64,000 nt of DNA from Oikopleura dioica (GCA_907165135.1 OU015569.1:4588001-4652000); one strand, 5' to 3'; positions 46,674-58,760 are shown, numbered from the stretch's first letter. The notes: generated from the letters alone by a model not told the origin. Numbers and translations: made by a program.

Positions 46674-48947
46674 TTAGCTGAGGTTTTGCTTCACTTTGGG
46701 ACCGTCCCAGAATGACTTCAATTCTTTGCGACAATAACCAACAAGAGCGACGCCAATGCATGTACTAGGGACGATGAAAGCAAGTGCAGGCTGTCCGGAT
46801 TCTGATAAAAAGCTCTTTATTATTCACCACTGATTTTTCATCCGAGGATTTTCGAGCTGTTCCTGTAATGATCAGCGCAAGGAAAGTGAAGATCAACCCA
46901 AGTGCGTAACTTCCAACAAACGTCCAGAAAAACGGCATCCTCGTGTAGCCATTGGCCCGATCAAAGATCGCGCAGTAAGTGCCTTGAGTGATCGTTAATT
47001 CCTTGGAGAGGACAAAATTTGGTGTTACCTAGAACGCCTGGCAGAATGATGTCGCCATAGCCGAGCATTGACTCGCGCGTCCCGTCGGAACAGAGATCGT
47101 CGTAAATAGAAGGAACTATGTGCGGAACACGGAATAAAAAGGGAATCTTCTCTTTTGAAGCCGAATTCGAAGCGCCGCCAGTTGCAACGTCTAACATCAC
47201 GGAATCGCCGTTCTTCGTGAAGAAAGGAGTAATGTATACCATGAAGATATCGTACAAACAGAAGGCGATCTTGAATCAGCTATTATTACTGTATGCTTGA
47301 AAAACCTACTTGAAGAAGGTAGACATTAGCTCCCTTGGAGACTCGAATTTCGGAAACGCACTCGATGCAGAAGCAAAAGCCAATGATATCCTGCAAAATC
47401 CAAGACCAAGGATAATGCCGACATACGGCCCAGGTGATACCAAGCCCCATCGAAACAATGATAGCGAATACAACTAAACTCGATTAGTTTTTACTCAGAA
47501 GCGATAAGGTTTATTCTTACGGGACCACGGTGCACCGCTTCGACATATTGCCTTGGGAATGCAATCTAGATAACGCCAGTGGACATCTTTGGTAGGCATT
47601 CTGTATGAATGGCTGCAATTGAATCGGAGTAAAATTTGATTGTACAGAACTAGAATAGGTTAAACATTCGATTCTGGATAGTAGGTACCTGAAAGAACAG
47701 CGAAACTGCCGCTTATTGTGAAAATGGCGATAGCGAACCAAACCATGTAATCGTAGAAAAAGTAAATTCCTAGAAGGGAGCAACTTGCGAGAAGAACAGC
47801 GACTAGTAGATTCAATATTTCTTGATCTGAATTGAGCGCTTCTACCTAAACTTTGACGGGCAGTGAATTGATCTTTCTCTTCGTCATCAGCGGGCAGGAT
47901 GATTCTTGTTTCGTCGGAAGTCGTCGAACTTGTGCGTGCTAATTGTGGTCGATCTGACTGCGAGTCTGAAATTCTCGTTAGATTAAGGACGATAGGAAAG
48001 CTCAACAGATGATGCACAATCACGCACGCACGCACATTTACAGAAGCAACTACAAGCGAACAATCGAATTAAAACATGCTGGCGAATTCGCTGTCAGCCT
48101 CTTTTTTATTCAGAATGATCTCTGATTCTTTAGAAGAAATCGTAGATTCAACGCAGCACGAACTAATATGCGAAATTATACCTATAGTCGTACGCGAGGG
48201 CGGACCGGACTGCTCTGCAGCTAAAATTGGAGCGTTGCGAGTACCTGATCCACTGAGCCAGCCGCCGAGAGTGACAGAAGTGAGAGCGATGAGAAACATG
48301 GGCAGCAGAGTCCAGTCGACCAGTTTGTGCGCCGGTGCATACAAAAGTCCTTTCACAAGACTTCCATCAGCAACCAACTCGTGTATTTTCCGGTAACTAT
48401 AATATGATTGGGAAAAAGCGCGATAGCGGGACGACATACCTTGAATTTGAAAGAGTAGCAACGAACATACCAAGGTGATCCGCGTTCGAAGTGTTACCTG
48501 GCGCAGATAAGGGCGTCGTATCGTTGTTTACCTATGAAAGTTAATTAACTTCTTTGTAGTGGATATGTTTAATTTACGCTGATAAGGCCGTATAAAGAGC
48601 CGCCAGCGGACTCTTTCGCATTACTGGATTTGTCCTGGAATGAGCACATTCCTCTTTCGACAAGTGTGGCTGTACCAGCTTCGGCTGTAGCCTCGGAACC
48701 ATTACAAAACGCATTCTGACCGAGGGAGTATTTGTCGGAGAAATGAATGAAGTTGTTTCCCGTGGGCGTCTCGGGAAGCTCTTCAGAAAACCCGAACTGA
48801 AAAGTATTCTTACGATGATGAAAAGATGGACAATAGTACCGATCTTGCGAAAGACGTGCATATGTCTATTTGCGTCAAACCAGCGTCATTTGCGAGTCGT
48901 ATAATCGCGTACTCCGCCACCACGGCAGGTATTAAAGACAGCTTCAT
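46674..48947 (-). CDS. SPPL2: Signal peptide peptidase-like 2 (GxGD intramembrane protease with PA domain)
   Basis: WILQDIIG; YDIFMVYITPFFTKNGDSVMLDVA; LGYGDIILPG; PAL motif; ELKSFW; N-terminal signal-like MKLSLIPAVVAEYAII. Confidence 0.92.
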
Positions 48948-49071
48948 TCACCGCTCCTCGATTTTTGGTCCGAAATCTGAAACCAGAGAGTTTTAAATTT
49001 GGATGATGAAGAATGAACGGGTTGAAGAATCAATGAACTGGTGAATAGTTGGAACAGAAAGGGATTTAGAA

Positions 49072-52000
49072 TCAATTGAATGGGTTGTTGGCGTCGTTTT
49101 CGTCCTCGTCGTCGCCGAATGGGTTCCCTGCGTCTCCTGAATCGTCTTCGCCGAAAGGATTTCCTTCGCCTTATGTGAGGGGTCGTTTATACGGCATTAT
49201 ATTGAGATATTTCTTATAATTCTTGTTGACCTTTCCTGGACTTTCAGAATCATCATCGCCAAACGGATTCCCACTTGGTTCGCTTGGTGACTCGCCAAAC
49301 GGATTACTGAATTCGAAGTTTTTCTTTTTCTCTGCAGTTGGCTCGGGCTCATCTGGCTCGCCGAAAGGATTCCCTTCGTTCTCTGAAGAAACTTCCTCTC
49401 CAAATGGATTCTCAGCGGGTGGAATCGTCGCTGGTTTGTTCAATTGGATATCGAAAGGTTTTTCCTCTGGCGGTACTTCCAAAATCGCTTTCACCGAGTT
49501 TGTCTTTGGACTTCTGGAGTCTTTGGAGAAGGATTTAGGCGTTTCTGGAGTCAGACCAAATTTAAGTTCGCTTGCTATCCGCGCTCTGTTCGCCAGGAGC
49601 TTGTTTGAGACGGGTTTGGACTCGGTTACAATTTCGTCTTTAGGCTTCTCAATTTTCCTCTTATGAGTTATAATTTCTCCACGCGCGAGCATGTCGATAA
49701 TTGTCCCAAAGCTGTCCGAAGACTTGCTCACTTGCCCAAGAAACTTTTCGTCCGACATTTCGCCACTGCTGGCGAGTTTGAGCGACTGAAGGACCTGTCG
49801 GTTCTGCTGCGCGCAGATCGGACACTCGCCATCCTGATCAATGTAGGTAGTGAAGCAATGACGATGAAAGCTGTGGCCGCAGAGGAAGTGCACGCTTGGC
49901 AGTGAAAGGTCCTTCGCGCAGAGCTTACACTTGCTTAATTTGAAAATGCTCGCTTGTTGTAAAAGATTCTTGCGCTTCTCTTTCTGCTTTTCAATATTTG
50001 AGGAGAGTTTTGAAATGCGGCTTTCGCACTTTCGTATATCTTCGTCGTCCTTTTCCAGCTTCTTCAAAATCAGAGGCTTTAGAATCGAAATTGGAGCGGA
50101 GGAAGATTTCAGCATATTGATTAATGAGCTCAAATCTATGCATTCGGACGCAGCAGGTATCGCTTCGGTCAAGATTGCTTGAACTCCGTCGTAATTAGAC
50201 CTACTCGACCAGTACAGGATCGCTTTTCTCCAAAGATCTGGCTCGTTTCGACCATTTTTCTTGCACAAATTGAGAGCCTGCTCGTTTTGTCCACTTTCCA
50301 GCAAGACGGAGAGTAAGTCCGTAAGATCGCCACCCGCTCCACTTTCTAGCAGTTTAACAAGTCCGGCTGTGAAATTGAATTGTCTACAGTAGACTAACGC
50401 TTGTTTGTACTCTAGCTTCTTGCTTTCAATCAAGCTGATTATGCTTTGCTCGAGGCGATGGATTTCTGCTTCATCGTTGGAAGAAGTAAGTCGACGAAGT
50501 TGCATTTCCATGAACCGCTGTGATAGAAATTTGAGGCCTTGGCATTTTCGTATAGATAGGCAGTACTCTGTGAATTCTAGTGCTAGCGAACTGTCTCCTT
50601 CGAGAATATCTAAGAGGTACTTGATCGATGGATATTTCTTTTTATTCTTTCTTGAAAGCTCTAAAAATGAAAACATCCATGCCTGAATATTCACTTCTGT
50701 CGACGGTGCCAAATCTAAATCATCTTTATCAATAAATTGAACTCTTCTGGGTGGAATTTCCTCGCCAGGCGATGTGACAACAATATTCTCCGCGTTGACG
50801 ATTTCTTTCAGAGCGACCAGAAACGCTTTGCTGCAGTTTTGAACAAAATAAGGTCCATACTTTCGGAAAAGATTGAGTCTTTCCTCCAGAGAAAGGGATT
50901 TCACGTAGTTGAGCGCGTCGATAGGATTGGATATCTTTTCTGTCAAGATCATCATCACAAGGCTTTTAAAAAAGATGAAAACGGCTCATGCTTATAAATT
51001 TTGAGATGATTCGAAACGATTTCACCCTTTCCTGTGATTCTTCGATGCTTTGGCGAAGCTAAGGGCAGCTTCAGTAAGGCCTGATTGAAGCAGTACTCCC
51101 ATCGCATTTTCAAGCGCATCTGAAGAAGGAAGCGAATCGAGCTCAAGAAGACGTTTCAGATTGTGCTCGTCTTTTTCTTTCGCGTAGCATGTGATGAGCA
51201 GACTTCTGTGTTCTGTGGCACCATTAACGATGTTGTGCTGCGAGTTATAGCTGACCAGGGCTTCGAGGTAGAGAGTAAGCGGTGGCAAGCGCTGAGCATC
51301 CATCAGTTTGTGCAGGACGTACGAAGGCTCTAGTTTGCCCAGCGTTTCGACATACTTCTCAGCTGCTTGCATCAGATCACCCTTTTCGAACAAGTAGTCT
51401 GCCCAGCGTTTGTTGACATCGGCCAGGCCACTCTCTCCGAATCCCTGCTCGTGGCAGATCGACTTCGCGATGTCAAAATGGTTTCGCTGGAAAAGCGTGT
51501 CCAGCTTCGCGTCAACATCGCACTCAATCAGTCGGGTCAGCTCTGAATTAAATTTTCTAACTGGAAAAGATAGCTTCGCTACCTAATTCTTCAGTGCCGC
51601 TGAGGATGCATATCGATGTCCATTCGCAGCAAATTGCGTGCACATCCGTGAAAACCGACGTAAATACAGAGAGACGATCTAAAAATTGAAAAAGAAAATA
51701 ATTAATGATGATTGAAATTTATTTTTGGGACGCGTTTCGGTCTCAGTGGACCTTCGTCAGCCCTAAGTACAGATTTTAAATGAAAGTTCAAAAACAGGAA
51801 AAAACAGTCTCTCACCTAGAGTGGACAATTTCGAATGAAGGCAGAGATTGAAAACATAAAAACATAATTCGCTTTCGCGGGCAGATGTAATGGAGCGCCA
51901 GAAGAAAGCGAATTACAAATGCTCCATTACAGAAATTTAACTTCAGCGAATTTGATCTGCTTATTCAAGCAAGGATCATTTAACTTGATCGAAAACGCTT

Positions 52001-55000
52001 CACAAAGGACACGGTCTTTGTAGTACGGTTGGTTGGAGATAACAGAAATAAAGTTCTTTTCGAAACAGAATTTGGTTTTGATTAACGCTCTCGATGTAGT
52101 AGGCTTGTATTTTGGAGTGTCTGGCTCACTAAGATATTTATCATATTCCTCTCTGAATTTTGGACACTTCAAAGAGTGGAAAAACATAGGACTACGATAA
52201 CGTGGCTCAAAATGTTCACGAATTCTAGTTCCAAGCTGTCTCTTTGTCTCCCCCTGGTAATCCGTTTTCCCACATGGACATTGGAAATGGTACACCACTC
52301 CACTTTTCTGCTCAATCGGTACCGGGCGCTTCCAGGTTGGGTGCAAACATTGTTCTATTCTCACTGTTTTCCAACAAAGTCTCAGAAAGAACTTCGGGGT
52401 AACTTTTTAAGAATAGCACGCATTTTGCCGCCAATACTGTCGCACCGGGGACCAGTAAAGCTTGCGCAAAAATTGTGAACTATTTCCCCTTCCACTTTGT
52501 TATCATTTTTGGGCTTCTCAAGGAGTTTTATTTTATCATCGACCAAACCTGGTGGATATCCATTGAGAATGAATTTCCTCTTGGCTTTTCGGAAACCTTC
52601 AGTTTTGGCCTCTTCGCAGGATGAAGCATTTTTCACCCTATGAAGATGCCCAACTAAGAGACTGATCTTTTGTGACTTAGGAGCTACATTTGTGCGAAAA
52701 TTGGGAAGGAAATCCTTCGAGGATTTCTTTTCATAATGAAACATCTCAATTCCATTCTTATGAATTCTGAATTCAGTGTCTAAATATGCAAGTTTGCCAT
52801 CAACCATCTCTTCCTTGGTAAATTGGATATTTTTGTGAAGTCTATTGGCCTTGTCAAAAATATACTGTATATCCGATTTTTGCACAATAAGGGCACAGTC
52901 GTCCACGTACCTCCGGATAAAAATGGCTCTACCTTCTCTTATCAATTGATCGAAAAACGGGGTCTCCAAAGTGTGCATGAAAATGTCTGCCAAAATAGGG
53001 GAAAGCTTCGACCCCATAGCTGATCCGTCTTTCTGTCTAAAGAATCCATCTGGCGTGCTAAAGCTTGTAAGCTTGAAAAGGACAGTATCTACTAAATTTT
53101 GAAAATCGGATCTTGCCGGGAACTCCGAAACATGTCCGTCTTCTAATTCCTCCGGACAAAAATATGACTGTGGGTTAGCATAAATAAGATCTACTACTAT
53201 TTTGCTTATTTCTTTAATGGGAAGAGAAGGAAACATACTCTTTATGTCTAAAGAAATAATAGTATGTTTATCTAAATCAATTTTGTCACGAATTTTAAGA
53301 AAACTGTCTTTAAGCTCAGCAGTATTCTTTAAATTGTACTTGACATGATCTCTAAGCTTTTGTAAAATTGGTTGTAAGAAAATTTCCGCACCCTCGGCAA
53401 TTGATCCCCTTGTCCCAATAATCATCCTACTTGGTTGACCAAACTTATGTGTTTTAGTCAAAGAATATGCTCTTTTGAGTGAATGTCTGGGACGGATAAG
53501 ATTATAGGTAGCATTAGAGAGAGAAGATTTTAATGGTCGAATCGTCTTTTCATATTCGCTTATGTCTCTTTTTAATGGATCGACCTTCAATTTCTCAAAT
53601 TTCGATACCGGTAGCTCATTTCTAATTTTCCGATTGTAAGTATCTTTGGTCCATATACAAACTTTCAACTCCTTGTCCGCTTTCGTGATAACTAAATTTT
53701 GACCATTTTCGGAATCAAGGAAATCTCTCAAAATTTTAACGGATGTGTCATTAGAGTGTACTTTGAGTAGGGAATTAAAACAACAAGCCAGCTCAGAATA
53801 GACTCGAAAAATCTCGAGCTTGGAAATATTTTCCGACTCTGCATGAATTTTCCAATTTTCAAAAAGCTTTTCAAATTCGACTAGAAGTTCGAGTGGCCGG
53901 GGCCTTCCACCAACACTCCTTTTCAATCCATGCTTTAATACATCTAGAACTTGAATCGGAATGGTAACATTAGTAAAATTACAGATTTCAACAATAGGAC
54001 CAAGGTCTTTAGATTTGAATTTCAGTAATTTACGAAGTTTACGTTCACGTCTTTGGTCAGGTAAAAATTCGAGCCGGGAAACAGATTGATTTAAACGAGA
54101 TAAATACTCGTTTTGTGATTTTGGAGACATAGAAGAGAATAACGAAACTTTTAAAGAGTCAAAAGAATTGGTGAGAGACCGTACTTTTTCAATTGAATCT
54201 TCATAAGCTCTGTTAAGCATTTCCATTCTTTTCGAAAAGATAGTTCTAGGACTCCAATTGACGTACCGAAGAACTCTTACTGGTATTTTAGTCCATTCGG
54301 GTGTGATTCGATTTAGTAATTCGATTTGTAATTCGCTTTCTTCTGGCGCTCCATTACATCTGCCCGCGAAAGCGAATTATGTTTTTATGTTTTCAATCTC
54401 TGCCTTCATTCGAAATTGTCCACTCTAGGTGAGAGACTGTTTTTTCCTGTTTTTGAACTTTCATTTAAAATCTGTACTTAGGGCTGACGAAGGTCCACTG
54501 AGACCGAAACGCGTCCCAAAAATAAATTTCAATCATCATTCATGAGAGGTCAACACCGACAATCTTGAAAATAATTAACTATTCTTTAATGATTTTTACC
54601 GTGAAGGCTAAAGATAGTGACGCGGAAAAGTTTCTTGTCTGCGGAGCTGGAGTTGTCTTTTGTCAAAACGACGAGATATATCCCAAAGGAGATGAGCTGG
54701 AATTTCTCTCCGGATATAGGATGAGACGTTACTCGCTTAGTTTCACGATCGTAGCTGAAAACATCGTCCGATCTGCCGACAATAAGCTCATTTGACGAAG
54801 ACAAACACGCACAGTTCGGCGCGCAGCCCTTTTCGTCCAAGTGCTTTCTCCCCGGATTCTTCTCCTGCATTTCATAAAGTTGACTGTCTTTCACTGTAAT
54901 CACATACAGCCTGTTTTGATCAAACGACAGGTTCGTGACTGGATAGGCCGAAGAATGAAGCTGCGATATTTTTGAATGCTTTTCCCGGAGAATATCGCCT

Positions 55001-55574
55001 TTTAAAAGCAGCACTTTTCCGCCAGTAAAGCCGATCTACAGAAACGTTCACTCATCATGAAATTCAAATCGAAAACAGAGACACTGTATTTTTTACTTAC
55101 CGCAGCTTGTGTCAGAGCAGAGTTTACAGCCAAAGCGGAAACATCTCCAAGAAAATCCTGCGCCGTCAGAACCCGCGAATGGACGCATTTGGGTTGGTTC
55201 TGGGCGTCTTCCGCGAACTTCTCGTCGTAGGTCCACACTTTCAACGTGGGCTGCGAATCGTCGATGCCGACGGAAATGAAGATGTCCTTGGACGGCGAGG
55301 CCCATATTTGAAAGACTCGCCCTTCGTGAGCGCGGTACAGATTCGATTGATAGTGCCCGTTCAACAAGTGAATAGACCCTGTCCGTTCTCCGATGAATAA
55401 AAGTCCCTTTTTTCGACTGATAAATCATTCTTTTTCTGCATCTTTATACGCTTTATCATGATTCAGACCGATTTCCTTTGCAGAAGTAAGGGCGAAATCT
55501 ACCGGATCAACAGCTGGTAAAGGAATAGAACTTGCGGACGAGAAAAAGGCGAATTTCCTCCAATCAAGCGACAT
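49072..55574 (-). CDS. VPS11: VPS11 (HOPS/CORVET subunit), intron 54599-51679 carries a Penelope-like element
   Basis: N-terminus MSLDWRKFAFF; AAEKYVETLGKLEPSYVLHKLMDAQRL; C-terminal RING-H2 CKLCAKDLSLPSVHFLCGHSFHRHC...CPIC. Confidence 0.93.
51729..51760 (-). ncRNA. Minimal hammerhead ribozyme core (sense to PLE and VPS11); second copy at 54484-54515 on the plus strand
   Basis: CTGACGA-A-GGTC-CACTGA-GACC-GAAA-CGCGTC: conserved core, 4-bp stem II, palindromic stem III, GUC cleavage triplet. Stem I looks weak. Confidence 0.75.
51927..52364 (-). CDS. GIY-YIG endonuclease of the Penelope element (out of frame with RT by one base)
   Basis: SGVVYHFQCPCGKTDYQGETKRQLGTRIREH...EAFSIKLNDPCLN. Confidence 0.88.
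   Translation of the reverse strand: MRIEQCLHPTWKRPVPIEQKSGVVYHFQCPCGKTDYQGETKRQLGTRIREHFEPRYRSPMFFHSLKCPKFREEYDKYLSEPDTPKYKPTTSRALIKTKFCFEKNFISVISNQPYYKDRVLCEAFSIKLNDPCLNKQIKFAEVKFL
52382..54226 (-). CDS. Penelope-type reverse transcriptase
   Basis: ITKADK; SLDIKSMFPSL; RQKDGSAMGSKLSPILADIFM; RRYVDDC; LAYLD. The frame stays open ~115 nt upstream to the inverted-repeat junction. Confidence 0.92.
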   Translation of the reverse strand: MEMLNRAYEDSIEKVRSLTNSFDSLKVSLFSSMSPKSQNEYLSRLNQSVSRLEFLPDQRRERKLRKLLKFKSKDLGPIVEICNFTNVTIPIQVLDVLKHGLKRSVGGRPRPLELLVEFEKLFENWKIHAESENISKLEIFRVYSELACCFNSLLKVHSNDTSVKILRDFLDSENGQNLVITKADKELKVCIWTKDTYNRKIRNELPVSKFEKLKVDPLKRDISEYEKTIRPLKSSLSNATYNLIRPRHSLKRAYSLTKTHKFGQPSRMIIGTRGSIAEGAEIFLQPILQKLRDHVKYNLKNTAELKDSFLKIRDKIDLDKHTIISLDIKSMFPSLPIKEISKIVVDLIYANPQSYFCPEELEDGHVSEFPARSDFQNLVDTVLFKLTSFSTPDGFFRQKDGSAMGSKLSPILADIFMHTLETPFFDQLIREGRAIFIRRYVDDCALIVQKSDIQYIFDKANRLHKNIQFTKEEMVDGKLAYLDTEFRIHKNGIEMFHYEKKSSKDFLPNFRTNVAPKSQKISLLVGHLHRVKNASSCEEAKTEGFRKAKRKFILNGYPPGLVDDKIKLLEKPKNDNKVEGEIVHNFCASFTGPRCDSIGGKMRAILKKLPRSSF

Positions 55575-55987
55575 CGTAAATTTCCAAATATCAATTCAAA
55601 GATGCATTCTAATATTTTCGATTTTGGATTTCAGAGAATTCTATATTTAGACAGAAGAGATGTATGAATGAGAGAGCTTCTCTGGGGAACATTGATGGGG
55701 GCATTCAAGTCGGAAAATCGGCTCCAATGGGCGGGCTCCCACGGAGAAAGGAGCCAATCAGCGCCACTGGCTCCGCACTAGCGCGAATGCTGCGTCTTCA
55801 ACACTCCCTCCGAACGTTTTACAGGTAAAATTCACAACCTAAGAGTACCCATTGGCCCCTTTAACCCCTTGGCGCACAGATATCCGCGCGAATTCCGCCA
55901 GTGGAAAGCGCGCTAGAGAGGCTCCGCGCCGATAAACTTCCAGGGGCGATTTTTGAAGGAGAAACTAAAACAAGCTAAATTAGAGAA

Positions 55988-57333
55988 ATGGGAAAGCCAA
56001 AAGTGTGTTTCGTTCTGGGCGGCCCAGGCGCGGGCAAAGGTACCGCCTGTGAGTTCCTCGTCAAGAAGCATGGCCTTGCTCACCTCTCCGCCGGCGACCT
56101 CCTTCGCGAAGAAAGAAAACGAGCCGGCTCCACTTATGGAGAACTTATCGAAAGCTGCATTGTTCAGGTAAACGCCTAACTATTCAATTTGGTTCCGTAA
56201 AAGAGAGTTTTTTTTTCAGATTAGAGTCGTCTACCTGAATTTTGCGTTGTTGCTAAAATTCTGGCTACTTAACTTATTTTAAAAATTCGTTTCTAGGAAG
56301 GACTTTTTCTAAGCAAAATTAGAGTTTTAAAAAGGGTCGTTTTGAAAATAATTTTACAGTGCATCATTTGCTTCTGTTTGCTCGCTGGAAAACGAGTAAA
56401 CACTAGTTCAGATGGCTCTTGTCTTCCATTGTCGATTTCGAAATTGAAATCGCGTCAGATTCTCAGCATGAGACTACGCTTTCTTTGCGATTAGCTTTCG
56501 TGATATGCGTTTTCTCATGCTGTATCAAAATGAGGCAAAAGATGGGACATGGGAATTGTTTACTTTTTCCTTCTCAAATGTATCTTGTAAGAAATATTCA
56601 TTAGGGAACGATTGTGCCTGTAGAAATCACATGCAAATTGCTCGAAAATGCGATGAACAAAATCATGACCGAGAGCAACGGCGAACAGGACAAATTCCTG
56701 ATCGACGGATTCCCAAGGTTAGTGACCATGAATTCGCTGGTTTGATTGACGAGTTAAGAAATTTGGACAATCTGGAAGGATGGACAAAGCAAATGGATGG
56801 AAAAACCGATGATAGAATAGTTTTGTATCTGAACTGCCCCCTGGAAGTCTGTGAAGCGAGAATAATGGAAAGGGCAAAAACCTCCGGCAGATCGGATGAC
56901 AACATAGGATCGTTATGAGCTTCATCTAAATAATCCAGATGCCACAGTAAGAAAACATCGTATGGCTACCTTTCCTCGTGAACGTAGTTAATGAAAGTTT
57001 GCTCATGGCGACTACAGAGGCCCTAAGAAAAAGGTTTAAGACATATGAAGAATCAACCAAAGGAATAATTGAACATTATCGTGGCATAGGAAAAGTCAGA
57101 GAAGTTGACTCAAGGTAAGATTTTTAATCCTCAACGAGATGCGATAAACCATCTGTAGTCAATCGAAAGAAGCTGTTGGAGACGCCGTCTCAAAATTGTG
57201 GAGCAGGACTTTAGCGATGTCCAGCAGCCATCTGTTTCTGGTGATCATTAGTTTGCTTTTACTGGTAGTTCTTAACTCTGTTCCAGTTGACACACTATGG
57301 ACCCGTCCTTACTCACAGGACACAACCTGGTGA
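55988..57333 (+). CDS. CMPK1: UMP-CMP kinase (adenylate kinase family)
   Basis: [12 protein letters not shown]; [11 protein letters not shown]; FLIDGFPR; GRSDDN; LRKRFKTY. Divergent from VPS11 across a ~410-bp spacer containing a CCAAT motif. Confidence 0.93.
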
Positions 57334-57799
57334 CCTCTTTATGCTCATACCCCTCGCATTACACTTAGATAATTTCCAATTCTCCTATTTTCTGTGCTTC
57401 TTCCAGGTTGATGTTTCCGGTGGGTTCTAGCTCCTTCAGTGCAGCTAGTAGACGCGTCAATAGTTGAAATTCAAGAGTTGCAATCCTTAAAACATACCAC
57501 CGTCTATGCACGTCTACTAAGTGCTCTGGCCAATCTTAGACAATGCTTTCTTTCGTAAACACTAATAATTAGCACGTGGATTCTCTCCAATAGCAGTCGT
57601 CAGTTGCTTAGCGGGAAAAATAAATCAAAATTCGCTTTCAAAACGATAGCACTTTTTTGCTTTAGGTGAAAGTCTTGCATCCGAAGGATTTAGTTCTTTA
57701 ATGTAAACTGCAGACAACAACGATTTTATATCCTGCAGATAACTAGTAAGAGTAATTCGAAATAAGAAGCACTAGAAATTGATCACTAAAAATGAATGG

Positions 57800-58760
57800 C
57801 AAGGAAAAGAGCATCCGGCAACATCTAAAAGTTATCATAAAGTGGAGGAAAGTCCTGACGATCAAAAGAAGCAGAAATGCATGGAAAGTTTGCCTCAAGT
57901 CTGGATAGCATCAAGCCTTCTTCTTCATGCCTTCATCCTCACTACTGTACAATTACTATGACAAAGAAATACAAGCAACAAGAATTCACAGGGAGTTAGA
58001 CTGAATTCCTTTCTTCTGCAACTTTCATTAAACATATCGTAATCGAGATACCCCTTTTGCTAGATTCGATTCTAGCAATCAAAAGTCCGTGTCAACACCT
58101 AACACTTCTGATATTTATGATAATTTCAGCCCCTAAATATCAAAAGGTTTTTCTCATTGCGAATTTATTTGTGTCCACAATCTTAGTTGTCAGAAAAACT
58201 TATCCGAGTCGGTTCTCTTTTTGTGGAGGAGAAGTAGGCTCGTCAGATGAATCTTCTGTATCAGCGTATGGATCAGCGCTGAAAAGCGGTTCAATTATCG
58301 GAGGAGCGAAGCTTTTTCCAAAGGCAAGCTGAGGGTGAGCCACAGAATGGGCGAGGAATTCCTCTCTTTAGTCAAGGTTTATTGCTTCCATAATTTACCT
58401 TTGATCCGTAGTTAATCATCACATCATTTTTCTAAAAATAAGAGAATCTTGCAAACCGATCCTTGCATTTTCATATTCCATTCTAGCCTTGATAAGATTA
58501 AATTCAGCCGTTCGTATGTTGTCAAATTTTTCTTCTTGTGTTTTCTTCAACGTTTCATAAACTTTGTTGAAATCTCCTTTGACTTTGAGGAGATAAAAGT
58601 AAACTAACTATCGGAACAAAGTAAAGTGTTTTAACTCTTCTCTTTCTCTTCACGGTTAGCCTTAGAAAACATGGATTGGAGTTTCTCTTCCGTTTCACGG
58701 CCAAATTTGCGAACAATATCTTCGATCACGAAATCATCGTAGGTTGCGTATTTATTCCCG
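57800..58760 (-). CDS. Uncharacterised multi-exon protein with a coiled-coil-like segment
   Basis: Exon-like segments MSGNKYATYDDFVIEDIVRKF..., VYETLKKTQEEKFDNIRTAEF.... No family recognised; boundaries rough. Confidence 0.3.

Larger units (their letters stand above)
51694..54578 (-). mobile_element. Penelope-like retroelement, 5'-truncated, with inverted pseudo-LTR and 12-bp TSD
   Basis: RT plus GIY-YIG ORFs; 217-bp inverted repeats at 51704-51920 and 54324-54540; direct repeat GAAAATAATTAA at 51694-51705 and 54567-54578. Confidence 0.93.

Noticed and set aside
51704-54540. 217-bp inverted repeats read as DNA-transposon TIRs
   Set aside because: The interior encodes Penelope RT and GIY-YIG, not a transposase; the repeat is the element's 3' pseudo-LTR copied in inversion at a 5' truncation.
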